Below, piece by piece: positions 10,831 to 21,008 of a stretch of 64,000 nt of DNA; position 1 is the first letter of the stretch, and the number at the start of each line of letters is the position of its first letter. The notes beneath the pieces were generated by a model. The model was not told the DNA's origin. It saw only the letters and a list, made by a program, of their open reading frames with translations, and did not search any database. Made by a program: the position numbers and the translations under genes. Origin of the DNA: a virus; IMG/VR virus record IMGVR_UViG_3300046534_001341, positions 12,846 to 76,845 of that record; one strand, written 5' to 3'.

Positions 10831-11041
10831 CTTGGTTATCTGAGTAGAGGTGTTTAATCTCTTTTTCAGTGACGAGAGCTGCAGCCGCATAGTCTCCAAT
10901 TTTTCCATAGTACTTATCCACCAATTCAGATTGCTCAACCACCGTTTGGCTAAGCTGTTTGTTGTTTTGTGACAGTTCCCCATTTCCATGGGCCTGCCAC
11001 CCGTTGATCCCGAGGGATATGAGTAAAATTATTTCAAGCAT
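10715..11041 (-). CDS. Probable i-spanin
   Basis: N-terminal TM helix, coiled-coil, YLRAEIPDGL near C-terminus; follows holin. Confidence 0.65.
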   Translation of the reverse strand: MLEIILLISLGINGWQAHGNGELSQNNKQLSQTVVEQSELVDKYYGKIGDYAAAALVTEKEIKHLYSDNQAKAIEMEKLRNSDTVVASYLRAEIPDGLILILQASDED

Positions 11042-11246
11042 TCGGATGTACCCTCTTGTCTTTATCATCCACCATGGCAGTCCATTTATACAAACCTACC
11101 GTGGTACCTACGAACAAATATATAGGGGAAGATAGGGCTAATAACCCTGGGTCGTACAAACACATGCCAGGGTAACCAATCAACCCCATAAGCAACGACA
11201 GCCAAGCCATGTACCTACGATTCTTCCAGTAGTCTAGTGTGTTCAT
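11034..11246 (-). CDS. Probable holin
   Basis: 70 aa, WKNRRYMAW then two TM helices and a charged tail. Confidence 0.65.
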   Translation of the reverse strand: MNTLDYWKNRRYMAWLSLLMGLIGYPGMCLYDPGLLALSSPIYLFVGTTVGLYKWTAMVDDKDKRVHPNA

Positions 11247-11285
11247 ATTTAAATCCTTATGTTGCGGGGCCGAAGCCCCTATTAG

Positions 11286-14200
11286 TTAAACCTTCAGAAG
11301 GCGTATGCCGTTTAGGTTAGAGTTATTTTTAGGATCTATTGTGACTGAAAGTAACCCATCACCGCCAATTACCGTAATCTCATCGAAGATAACAAGATCC
11401 ACGTAAGGCTGAGATCTACCACCAGTATCATGAAGTGTGCCATTCAAGGTTACATCAATTGCCCCATCATCATTGGTATTCTCACGGTAGTGTATGGTTA
11501 CCACCTGTACTCTCCATGTCTCACCAACAACAAAATCTGTACCTGAGTACACAAACCTAGCTGTGTCATTAGCAGCCATGTAAACGTACCTACCCCATAG
11601 GTTTACATGTATGTCTAAACCCTTTTCAGCCAACCTAGCCAATACATTGGTATCAGAAGCAGCCGTGCTATCTAAATTACTCCAACTATCAATACTACCA
11701 CCACCCGCAGGGTTGTCATACGTGATTGACATATCAGTCACTACATCCGCATCATTCCTCCACATACCACCTAAAGTTATAGGTGTAGTATTTAAGCTAC
11801 GTATCCAGTTTATAGCCTCACCACCTGCACCATTACCAGCACCATTACCAGATGAGTCACTATAGCCCGCATCTAGGTTCTGTGTTGCACCACCTGAGTT
11901 ACCGAAAGAAAACCAGTACTGCACATTTTTAACTGTAACGGTAATAGTATAACCAGTCGTGGTAGTTGAACCGTAAGCGTTAGTGAAGATACAGGTATAA
12001 ACTGAACCTGAATCCGACAGCAAAGCATTTGATGAGTAAGATGTGTTAGTTGCCCCAGCAATGTCGACACCATCTTTCTGCCATTTCTGGGTAGTCGCAC
12101 CTACAGCCGCAGCCGAAACAGTGAATGGCTCGCCTTCAATACGGGTATCACCAGAAGTAGGTTCCTGAGAGATCGTGGGTGGGGTAGATAAAATAGACAT
12201 AGTAGCTAACCTAGATGTGGTCATACCGCCTGCATTGGTGGCAGTGCGTTTGTACACCCTGTTGTTATGTCCTGCGGTGGTAGTAACTGAAAGATCAAAG
12301 GCAGTCTCACCATTCATCAGTACATCATCTTCGTACCACTGACCTGATGATTCACTACTCACCAAAGTTCTGAATATTACAGTCTCACCGGCGATGGTGT
12401 CTATATCCAAAGGTTCAAGGGTATAGGTAACAGCTTGGGGTGTAGCCGCAGGAGTACCATCAGTAATCTTATTGAAGGTTACATAAGATAAAGCGAATGC
12501 CTGTCCTGAACGGGCAGCAAAGGAAACCGTAATGGCACCAGCAGAACTAGCCTTAACCACTTTATCGTAAACGACGTGGGCATCCTTGTTGGCGTTCATC
12601 TCCCCTAGAACATCATTTACATTAGCATCAATTAAGTTATCTCCTGCACCCCAATGTACTCCGATCACTACACGGTAGTTCACACCAGAATCAAAACCAG
12701 CAGCGGTAAAAGCAATAGTCTCCCCGTTAAGGACAGCAGAACCATTTTCGTCTAACTCTACATAGGGTGCAAATACATCCGTAACAGGGTTAGAGTTACC
12801 TCCGTAACCACCACCACTCAATCCACCAGATGATAATGAGGTGATTGTACCTATACCTGTACCGTCAGTGTCCTGTAACGAACCTTGTGTACTTAGTGTA
12901 TTGAACTGGCGTATGCCATTGATGACCTTACCCCCGGCAGTGATGGTGTGGTTGTATAGATTACCTGGGGTACTAAATGAGGTCGCATTACCAGAACCAA
13001 AATCTATAATCACTTCTTGTGGGGGTATTACAGCAACAGCCTCCACATTCAAAGTAAGGGTTATATCCACTTCTTGCGCTGTAGTATCCTCGTAAGTAAA
13101 TACAACAACCGTATCCCCTAATAGATCCCCACGAGGTGTGAATGTGAACACCCCATCAGTTAAATCAGTAGAGGTGAAATCAGCACCTGTAATAGTTTTA
13201 ACTGTCATACGGGAAGCAACGATTGGAGTGTCATCCCTCAAGTTTGAGGCTGAAGGTATATTGATTTTACCCTCAACAGCCTGGGTACCTGTACGTGAAA
13301 AAGAATTTCCGATGGGAACAGCCCCATCAGCTAAACCATTAACAATAGACTCGTTTTGAATCACATCAACAGCCGTGATTATGTCGGCAATGAACTGAGA
13401 AGACATACCATATTTGGTTCCTACGTTACCGCCGCTCGGTATTTCAAATAGGTTATCTGCGGCTGAGATACCAGTCAGACATTTGAAAGTAGCTAAGGCA
13501 TTCACATACGCCTGCCCATAACTTGGGTGGAATGTGTCGTTACCGCCTGAGTATAGGTGAGTAACAGGAGGGAGGAAATTCACACTACCTACACTTTGGG
13601 TGTTGGTGATGTAGGCTGCATCCATATTACCCAGTTCTTCCATGATCTCAGCAGTACGTATAATCAACATACCGTGCTTAGCTTGTAATTGATCTGAGTT
13701 AATCAAAGCATTTGGTAAGGTACCAACATCAGTGGACCCAGCCCAAGACTGGTACATGATAGGGATCGCTCCCTTGGCTTCCGCATCTGAAGCCATATCG
13801 ACCATACGATCAATCCAACCAATAGAGCCCGCCCCTGGGGCAGAGTTTGCCACAACCGGATCAGCCGTAATACCAGAATCACTACCATAGGCAGAGTAGA
13901 TGATAACCGACGAGCTGGTGGCTTGTGTGTGGGTTTTGGCGGCAGAGCTGTTTATATTGTCCGAGCCTTGATCTATGAAGTTGAAATCATCAACGTAACC
14001 GGCAATATTATTTGCTAGGTACATTTGGCCAACCATTTTATAAACTGATGGGTTGTGTACATCAGGAGGTGTCGTAGAACCTGCAGTGTTATAACCAGTC
14101 ATAACATAATTCATAGTCGACCAACCTGAATAGGCGATCAATGTAGGTATTTCGACAGAGGCTGCGGCCACAGTAATAGTGATGGTAGCTACAACATCCA

Positions 14201-15425
14201 CACCTATCCCATCACTAGCTGTGACAGTCAATGATTCCGTCTGCTCAAGTGGACCATTATATATGATCTCGTTGGTGGCAGTACCCGGTAGGAAGTTAGA
14301 TGAGCCTGTTACCGCAAATGTAACATTATCCCCGTCAGCATCTGTAGCAGGCCCTAGGATTATAGTTAAGTCATTACCCACAGAAGTATTTAGGTTTTGG
14401 TCTATCACCGCCGGAAGGCTGTTAGCGTCAGCAGCAGTAACATCTATTCTTACGGTGCCGTCATCGGTACCACCACGACTATCATTACCGGTAACAACCA
14501 TAGTCACTGAACCAACAGTGGCTGAGTTGAATGTCATGATACGCCCGTTGATAGTAAAATCAGAGCTACCAACAGCGGTGTAGATAATTGCATCCCCATC
14601 CGCATCATTTAACGGCCCTAAGGTAATTGATAGGTCTTCATTCTCAATTACAGTCAGAAGTAACTGATCAGGCACTACTGGATTATTAGGGTTCAAAAAC
14701 ACAACCCCAATTGTCAACGTACCTGTATCAGAGACCGTACCATCAGAACCACTAATGACTATGGTTCTAGTCCCTTCTGTGGCAACATTGAGGGTTAATT
14801 TGTTTGTGGTGATTGAGTACTCAGCACTATTGGTGGCAGAGTAAGTAATCGTATCCCCATCGACATCAGTTAATGGGCCAAGGGTTACCTCATAATTTAT
14901 ACCTGTAGTGGTACTTAGATTTTGATCGTTAACCACAGGAGCGTTGTTACCGTCAGCGGCTTCAGTCACTGTGATGGTGGATTGGGCTGTGCCTGTATTT
15001 CCGGCGGCATCAATAGCACTGTAGGTAACCGTGTACACATTCTCGGTAAGGGGGTCAGGATGCGAAGCCAAGTTATTGGTTACGACAAGTGACCCATCGA
15101 TATCATCCAAGGCACTACTTGAAGAAATATAAAGAGCTAATGAGGCGTGGGTAATGCCAGCAGCACCGTAGGCATAGATTCTTGTGGTGGGACCGGGGGT
15201 AGTAACCACAGGATTATTGGTATCTGGGGTAGGTGTTTCACCACCACCACCTCCACCTAACCATCCTGCGCCACCCTGTTCGGTCGTTATAATTTCACTG
15301 ATTGAACCATAAGTAGCTTCAAGCTCTCGGTACACAGCAGCCCCGTTACCAACACCAGCTAAACCTCGGGCACCCATCAGCACCTGTACGGTCTTCACCT
15401 CACGGATTTTTACTTTATCAACCAT
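11286..15425 (-). CDS. Large multi-domain adhesin/fibre (Ig- and cadherin-like repeats, SGNH-like esterase domain, putative carbohydrate-binding domains)
   Basis: 1379 aa; repeated NxxPVVxDQ...DxDGD.ITY units; GWS...DTFHPS; I-set-like QWxKDGxxIxGA. Confidence 0.7.
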   Translation of the reverse strand: MVDKVKIREVKTVQVLMGARGLAGVGNGAAVYRELEATYGSISEIITTEQGGAGWLGGGGGGETPTPDTNNPVVTTPGPTTRIYAYGAAGITHASLALYISSSSALDDIDGSLVVTNNLASHPDPLTENVYTVTYSAIDAAGNTGTAQSTITVTEAADGNNAPVVNDQNLSTTTGINYEVTLGPLTDVDGDTITYSATNSAEYSITTNKLTLNVATEGTRTIVISGSDGTVSDTGTLTIGVVFLNPNNPVVPDQLLLTVIENEDLSITLGPLNDADGDAIIYTAVGSSDFTINGRIMTFNSATVGSVTMVVTGNDSRGGTDDGTVRIDVTAADANSLPAVIDQNLNTSVGNDLTIILGPATDADGDNVTFAVTGSSNFLPGTATNEIIYNGPLEQTESLTVTASDGIGVDVVATITITVAAASVEIPTLIAYSGWSTMNYVMTGYNTAGSTTPPDVHNPSVYKMVGQMYLANNIAGYVDDFNFIDQGSDNINSSAAKTHTQATSSSVIIYSAYGSDSGITADPVVANSAPGAGSIGWIDRMVDMASDAEAKGAIPIMYQSWAGSTDVGTLPNALINSDQLQAKHGMLIIRTAEIMEELGNMDAAYITNTQSVGSVNFLPPVTHLYSGGNDTFHPSYGQAYVNALATFKCLTGISAADNLFEIPSGGNVGTKYGMSSQFIADIITAVDVIQNESIVNGLADGAVPIGNSFSRTGTQAVEGKINIPSASNLRDDTPIVASRMTVKTITGADFTSTDLTDGVFTFTPRGDLLGDTVVVFTYEDTTAQEVDITLTLNVEAVAVIPPQEVIIDFGSGNATSFSTPGNLYNHTITAGGKVINGIRQFNTLSTQGSLQDTDGTGIGTITSLSSGGLSGGGYGGNSNPVTDVFAPYVELDENGSAVLNGETIAFTAAGFDSGVNYRVVIGVHWGAGDNLIDANVNDVLGEMNANKDAHVVYDKVVKASSAGAITVSFAARSGQAFALSYVTFNKITDGTPAATPQAVTYTLEPLDIDTIAGETVIFRTLVSSESSGQWYEDDVLMNGETAFDLSVTTTAGHNNRVYKRTATNAGGMTTSRLATMSILSTPPTISQEPTSGDTRIEGEPFTVSAAAVGATTQKWQKDGVDIAGATNTSYSSNALLSDSGSVYTCIFTNAYGSTTTTGYTITVTVKNVQYWFSFGNSGGATQNLDAGYSDSSGNGAGNGAGGEAINWIRSLNTTPITLGGMWRNDADVVTDMSITYDNPAGGGSIDSWSNLDSTAASDTNVLARLAEKGLDIHVNLWGRYVYMAANDTARFVYSGTDFVVGETWRVQVVTIHYRENTNDDGAIDVTLNGTLHDTGGRSQPYVDLVIFDEITVIGGDGLLSVTIDPKNNSNLNGIRLLKV

Positions 15426-15811
15426 TACCGCACCACTCCTTTAATAAATTGAATTCTACCAGTTAATACTGTTGTTACGAAACCATCTGAGTATGTAAGA
15501 CGACAACCGTACACAAAAGTTTTCTTGGTTTCGTTGCCTGTTAGAAACAAGGCCGTCTTGGATTGATCAATAGAGAACTGAAGTAAACTAGGGGTAGGGT
15601 CAAGCACATCCCCATCAGTTGGTATCACCACACCCTCAGAAGCATCAGAGGTAAATAACGTATCCACAGACAATACAGAATTACGTATTTGTAGCTCCAC
15701 GGTGGCGCCTACGAGATCTGTGACTGGCTCACCCTTATCATCCAACAAGGATAAATCAATAGAAAGCGTGTTCCCGACTATATGGTCGAAGTGATATTGT
15801 TGTATAACCAT
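15425..15811 (-). CDS. BppU-like fibre anchor/adaptor protein
   Basis: GNTLSIDLSLLDDKGEPVTDLVGATVELQIR...VLTGRIQFIKGVVR pattern; stop/start coupled to adhesin gene. Confidence 0.6.
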   Translation of the reverse strand: MVIQQYHFDHIVGNTLSIDLSLLDDKGEPVTDLVGATVELQIRNSVLSVDTLFTSDASEGVVIPTDGDVLDPTPSLLQFSIDQSKTALFLTGNETKKTFVYGCRLTYSDGFVTTVLTGRIQFIKGVVR

Positions 15812-15815
15812 GAGT

Positions 15816-16415
15816 TTACCTTTTAGTTGTTTTGGTTTCTTGGAAGCCGCGCACCTTACGGTATATATCACCAGAGCGATACACATCCCCTATTATTGCT
15901 GCATCTTCACACCCGAACATAAGCATATTAATGTAGTTATCAGAGGTTATCCCACCAATGGCAACAACCGGTTTATCTGTAGCAGCAGTAATACGTTTGA
16001 GGGATTCTACCCCTATGGGGCGGTTGGCGACAGTCTTTGTGGTTGTAGAAAAAATTGGACCCACACCGTAATAGTCAGCCAAGTCATTCATTTGATCTGG
16101 TTTAGTTATGGTGAGTCCAATTTTTATGCAGGGTGAGAGGTATCGCCGTGCTACATCAATAGGTAAATCCAGTTGCCCAATATGCAGGTAATCTGCCTCA
16201 ACAGCGTTGGCAATATCCATACGATTATTGATACATAACTTATTACCATACTTAGAGGTGATCTCTTTGACCCTTAATGCTGTGTCAAGTATGTGGCCAT
16301 CGAACCCCAGGGGGTATGAGAATTGGATCACATCAGCACCAGCTCTGGCCACCTCCTCGACTACCTGGAGAAGATTATCTACATGGCCATCAACGTAACT
16401 AGTAATGAAGTGCAT
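15816..16415 (-). CDS. thiE: Thiamine-phosphate synthase (ThiE/TenI) fold protein with divergent active site
   Basis: HIGQLDL, DYYGVGPIFSTTTK, PVVAIGGI motifs. Confidence 0.8.
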   Translation of the reverse strand: MHFITSYVDGHVDNLLQVVEEVARAGADVIQFSYPLGFDGHILDTALRVKEITSKYGNKLCINNRMDIANAVEADYLHIGQLDLPIDVARRYLSPCIKIGLTITKPDQMNDLADYYGVGPIFSTTTKTVANRPIGVESLKRITAATDKPVVAIGGITSDNYINMLMFGCEDAAIIGDVYRSGDIYRKVRGFQETKTTKR

Positions 16416-17683
16416 TAAAACAACCTATGTGAGAATTCCACAACACGCCCATAAGGCTTATCTGCCCAATAGAATACGTTTCCTACATACGGGAACCGAC
16501 TGGCTGAGAGACTCTCACGGAGGGCTAACGGCATATCGGTAGTAGATTTCACCTTATGGTTCGCTTGCACCACCACGCCTTCAGGAGAGGTCTTGTCACT
16601 ACCAGTATCCTCATAGATAAATAGAACCTCTAGGGTGGTCATATCTATTTCAGCAGATCGGGCATCAGGGTAGATTTCGTATAAATCTGAGATGGTGCCT
16701 TCTTGATACTTGGCAGAGTATTTTTTGCTACCGAAAGTCCACGTCACACCGTAGGCCAGAATATCGACATCCCCTTCACGGTAAATACAGTAGTCATTCA
16801 GAAACACTGAACCATCATCGATAAGGTTATGGAACTGCCCACGGATGATCTTATTAACCCCAACAAATTTTTCCTGTATTACATTAAGGGAGAAACCAAC
16901 CGGCACCTCGACATCACCATTAATATCCGCAATAGCATTTACAATCTCTTTGATTGGTCCACCTTGTGAATACGTGGCCACAAATTTGCTATACATGTGT
17001 AGGGTACGTGGGGTAGTCCAAGTACGGGATTTGTAATCAGCGTAAGTAGGGCACTCAAGTTCCCACGTATAGAAGTTTTTAATACCTGCAGTCAGGATGA
17101 AATAATCACAAATATCATCGATAACCACATCGCCATGGTTGTAGTGATCAAACAAGGCCACATCGTATGTACCCTCGTGTGTGTAAATATCACCCTGTAT
17201 AATAGTGATATTGGTTAAGTCGAAGCCCTGGGCCATGAATACATCTATGACTCTCGGATCCGATTCAATAACCGTCACAGAATTCACGGAGGCTTTGTTG
17301 GCCACAAGCAGAGAAGTAATCCCCATACCCAAACCACCTATGACCACATCCCCAACAGCATCGTAATACTGAGAGTAGAGTTGGTTCATGGACGAGTGGG
17401 AGTTCGTCATCCAAACCACATTCCCAAGCATCAACAAACTGGAGTCGCCTAAATTAATTATGGATACCCCGTCAGAGTCAACCGTCTTGAAAGTAATCTG
17501 GTTGGTCTCCCCCTCATTGCTCTTCAGCTCACCACCGGAAATATAGTAATCCGACGTGTTCATGGAGGTACGTACAATAGGGTCGATGATGGCAGCCTGC
17601 TCAGAAGTGAGAGGGATACCATCAACAATATCTATTGAAATGAACTGCCCAGAGTTTGGGATGTACTCGGTTAAGTGGTTCAT
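16415..17683 (-). CDS. Class I SAM-dependent methyltransferase (spermidine-synthase-like) with extra domains
   Basis: DVVIGGLGMG, VTVIESDPRVI, IIQGDI, YDVALFDHY motifs. Confidence 0.7.
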   Translation of the reverse strand: MNHLTEYIPNSGQFISIDIVDGIPLTSEQAAIIDPIVRTSMNTSDYYISGGELKSNEGETNQITFKTVDSDGVSIINLGDSSLLMLGNVVWMTNSHSSMNQLYSQYYDAVGDVVIGGLGMGITSLLVANKASVNSVTVIESDPRVIDVFMAQGFDLTNITIIQGDIYTHEGTYDVALFDHYNHGDVVIDDICDYFILTAGIKNFYTWELECPTYADYKSRTWTTPRTLHMYSKFVATYSQGGPIKEIVNAIADINGDVEVPVGFSLNVIQEKFVGVNKIIRGQFHNLIDDGSVFLNDYCIYREGDVDILAYGVTWTFGSKKYSAKYQEGTISDLYEIYPDARSAEIDMTTLEVLFIYEDTGSDKTSPEGVVVQANHKVKSTTDMPLALRESLSASRFPYVGNVFYWADKPYGRVVEFSHRLF

Positions 17684-18834
17684 ACTAGGGGGTACATCCT
17701 TAGGGTAGCGGTGTAATTCATTGCGGGGCCGTTATTTATGCTGTGGTTAGATAGGAATAACATACCCTGCACCATTCGTAGAATAAAGGCGTTCATCTGT
17801 TGTGGGTAGTAAACACCGTTATATACTGTACCAGATGAGGATTGACGCAGAGCACCAACAATACCGTTATACTGGACTTTGAATGTGATGAGGACATTCT
17901 CATCTATTATTACAGCTATCATCTTACCGAAGTGTTGGATGAGGGGACCTAGATTCACTAGGTTGTGTATACCAGAAGCTGTTACGGCATTAGCATTAAG
18001 AACTGCCACATATGGAGAATCTAGGCTCAACTCAGGTGGTGGAGCGTTTGTGTCGAATATTGTGTTATTACCTTGACGGACTAGTGTACGACCGTTGGTG
18101 ACATTTAAACGCATACCAGAACCATTTACGGTAGGGTTCACCATATATAGGGGAGTCTCGACACCCCCCGCCTCTACGGCTGAGTTCAGGTACAAAGGTA
18201 TTGCACTAGGTAAAGCAGCAGACTGCAAGAATTTAATACCCCCCATATTAACCCCCTCCACTGAAAACTCAGAAGAGTTGATCACAGTCCCTGAAGACCC
18301 GTCGAAAGGGAAGGGGTCGATGGTACCATTGAGTCTAAAGTTATATATTATTATATAAGCCGGTAGCTCATCAGAGTGCCCCCCCAACATTAAAGCAACC
18401 CCATTTGTGTGGTCCCCATAAGTGAAGACTGTCGTGCCTTGTGGGCCAGGTCCTTGAGATACGATGTAACCATAACTAGGTATCGAGTATACTGCACCTG
18501 GTTGTGCCGCCGTACCTGTGGTCAACCTAGCAGTGATGATTTTGTAGGTAGCACTCACAAGGGAGAAGGCGTAGCCCGCACGTATTTTCGCAAGTTGTGC
18601 AGGTGTCATATTCGACAACGAGGTGCGAGTGTAGTTAACCCCTACATTAGTCCTCCCAGATAAAGTGCTATACGAAGTGTGTATTCCTGGGGCAGTAGCA
18701 ATATCATATTGTAAGTAAGTCAAGTCAGTGTGGAATATTGAATCCGCAACAGGAGCCCCCCGCATTGCTGCGAGAGTATGTACATTACGGGTGATATGAC
18801 ATTTGGTAGAGCCCTTACCAATAAATAAACTCAT
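17680..18834 (-). CDS. Putative receptor-binding protein with T5 pb5-like N-terminus
   Basis: MSLFIGK...DSIFHTDL resembles pb5 MSFFAGK...TIFHSDM; follows the fibre gene with overlap. Confidence 0.5.
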   Translation of the reverse strand: MSLFIGKGSTKCHITRNVHTLAAMRGAPVADSIFHTDLTYLQYDIATAPGIHTSYSTLSGRTNVGVNYTRTSLSNMTPAQLAKIRAGYAFSLVSATYKIITARLTTGTAAQPGAVYSIPSYGYIVSQGPGPQGTTVFTYGDHTNGVALMLGGHSDELPAYIIIYNFRLNGTIDPFPFDGSSGTVINSSEFSVEGVNMGGIKFLQSAALPSAIPLYLNSAVEAGGVETPLYMVNPTVNGSGMRLNVTNGRTLVRQGNNTIFDTNAPPPELSLDSPYVAVLNANAVTASGIHNLVNLGPLIQHFGKMIAVIIDENVLITFKVQYNGIVGALRQSSSGTVYNGVYYPQQMNAFILRMVQGMLFLSNHSINNGPAMNYTATLRMYPLV

Positions 18835-21008
18835 TTAATATGAATCTCCGAAGTGTCTAAATTAATCATCATGGTGTAGTTGGCTGCTGAACCGCCGGAG
18901 TTATATATCACACCTGTGTCGATCTTGTTAGCACTTAAGGTACCAGTAATCGCAGAACCTTCTACAGTCAATCCTTGGGTGTTTATGTGTTGGGCTAGTA
19001 CAGAACCATCCACAAGCAAATTACCATCGATAACCTCTTGAAGAAGTACCCAGCCAGAGACGTAATCCCAATACCTAGATTCTGTGTACTTAGGTATGGC
19101 GGCTGGGTTATGTAAAGTAACTACATCGAAAGGGATTTTACCTATCCCAGCAGAAGTAATAGCTGCCTCGGCTTCAGTGTTAGACCAAGCACTTCCAGAG
19201 ATGGTTCGGTAGAACCTAGACGAACCCCTCTCACCATCTTCACCTGCAGTCCCTTCACCACTAACTGTAATGGTTAAATTATCTACACTATCTCCGTCAC
19301 CAGAAAGGAATGCCCCAAGGGATTGGGCAACAGTAACTTCAACAATAGAGGTGTAGAATATAGTGCCATTCTTGCGGTAGTACACGACACCTCCTACATT
19401 AGATATAGACAACACATCTGTGTTATTAACAGCACCGAAACTACCCCTGTCAGAGCCTCCCTCAATAACCGATATTACGTTAGTTGAGCCATTACGTATG
19501 ATTCCATAGGATAGGTCGCCAATCGCTCCTAAGGCGGCCCCAACACCAGTATCTGGACGAATACCCACCAGCATATTAGCTGAAGCGTTAGTGGTGAATG
19601 AGAATAACCAACTACCTGTGAAATATTCGACGCTGATGGCTTTAGCCGCGTACAGGCCATCCACCGTGGACAGGATGGAATTAGGGGTAACACCTGAATT
19701 GACTATAGCTAGTAGGGTGAAATTACCGGCACCGGCTATACCATCCTTACCACTGAATTCCGCAGGTATAGACCACCCGTTTTGGCTCCATGAATTATCA
19801 GAGGGATTGTGTTGATATATGGATTTAGATACCCACGTAATCTCATCAGGTGCAGAGGCACTTGGATCATCATCCCAACCGGTCGGAGTAGTCTCTTGTT
19901 GGAGGGTACCATTGAATGCGCCCCCAGTTGGTGTAGGAGGGATACTCACTTGGTTAATAAAGATGTAAGAAGTGAATCGACCATTAGCAGCATCCAGGTA
20001 GTCGACACCTTTTTGTGGTGTGTACCCGTCTTCCCCGGAGAATTTTACCGGGAAATCCCAATCAGTACCTACCCAGTTCTCCCCAATTTTTTCGTACTTG
20101 CGGGTGGAGAACCAAATAAATACACCAGTCGTCGGCGATGCTGGGTCATCTGACCAACCTGTCGGGAGTAGTTCACTTTGCGGCGTACCATCGAATGAGC
20201 CTCCTACAGGTAGAATTGGTTGTAGTGCGGATAATTTATAGATGAATGAGATGAATACACCATTATCACCATCGAAAAAGTCGACGCCTTTAAGTGGGGT
20301 AATACCATCTTCACCTGAGAACTTGGCTGGAGAACTCCAACCGTTCAACTTATTCCAAGATGAGGTACCATTATCTACATAACGAGTACTGCACACCCAA
20401 GTGTATTCACCCTGAGCAGGGGAGCTGGGGTTATCGGTCCAACTAGTGGGAACGGTTTCTGACTCCCCATCGAATGAGCCATTGATTGGGTCACTAGGTT
20501 GGAGGGTGGAGTTTTGGAATATGTACGATGTGAATGCGCCACCATCACCATCAAAAAAATCAACACCCTTAGTTGGTGTGACGCCATCAGTACCGGTCAG
20601 CCTAGAAGGTATAGACCAACCGTTGTTGTTCCAAGTACCTTGGTCATCCTCAGCAATGTATGTGGTCGCACTTATCCAAGTGTATTCATCTACATTAGGT
20701 GAACTAGGGTCATTGGTCCAGTTAGTAGGTGGGACGCTAGTTACCCCATCAAAGCTACCCCCACCGGCCACATCTGGTGCCACGAGGGCATTACGGAAAG
20801 CAAAGATAATCGTGTTACCTTTACGCCCATCGAAGTAATGCAGCCCCTTCTGTGGAGTATCCCCATCGTCTCCTTTGACACCTTGGTTTAATTGTAGGTG
20901 CTCGGCCACCAATAGAATCTTATCTAGGTTCTCCGCGACCTGACGAACCTTGTCGTATTTAGAATTGAGGTACTGGTCCACAACCCCATTCAAATTATTG
21001 TTGGACAT
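18831..21008 (-). CDS. Tail fibre with four ~90-aa tandem repeats and a pb4-like C-terminal spike
   Basis: N4-type N-terminus (VDQYLNSKYDKVRQVAENL); 4x G.DG.TP.KG.D(F/Y).D...GSFDG...W.D.P; IDGNLLVDGSV. Confidence 0.75.
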   Translation of the reverse strand: MSNNNLNGVVDQYLNSKYDKVRQVAENLDKILLVAEHLQLNQGVKGDDGDTPQKGLHYFDGRKGNTIIFAFRNALVAPDVAGGGSFDGVTSVPPTNWTNDPSSPNVDEYTWISATTYIAEDDQGTWNNNGWSIPSRLTGTDGVTPTKGVDFFDGDGGAFTSYIFQNSTLQPSDPINGSFDGESETVPTSWTDNPSSPAQGEYTWVCSTRYVDNGTSSWNKLNGWSSPAKFSGEDGITPLKGVDFFDGDNGVFISFIYKLSALQPILPVGGSFDGTPQSELLPTGWSDDPASPTTGVFIWFSTRKYEKIGENWVGTDWDFPVKFSGEDGYTPQKGVDYLDAANGRFTSYIFINQVSIPPTPTGGAFNGTLQQETTPTGWDDDPSASAPDEITWVSKSIYQHNPSDNSWSQNGWSIPAEFSGKDGIAGAGNFTLLAIVNSGVTPNSILSTVDGLYAAKAISVEYFTGSWLFSFTTNASANMLVGIRPDTGVGAALGAIGDLSYGIIRNGSTNVISVIEGGSDRGSFGAVNNTDVLSISNVGGVVYYRKNGTIFYTSIVEVTVAQSLGAFLSGDGDSVDNLTITVSGEGTAGEDGERGSSRFYRTISGSAWSNTEAEAAITSAGIGKIPFDVVTLHNPAAIPKYTESRYWDYVSGWVLLQEVIDGNLLVDGSVLAQHINTQGLTVEGSAITGTLSANKIDTGVIYNSGGSAANYTMMINLDTSEIHIK

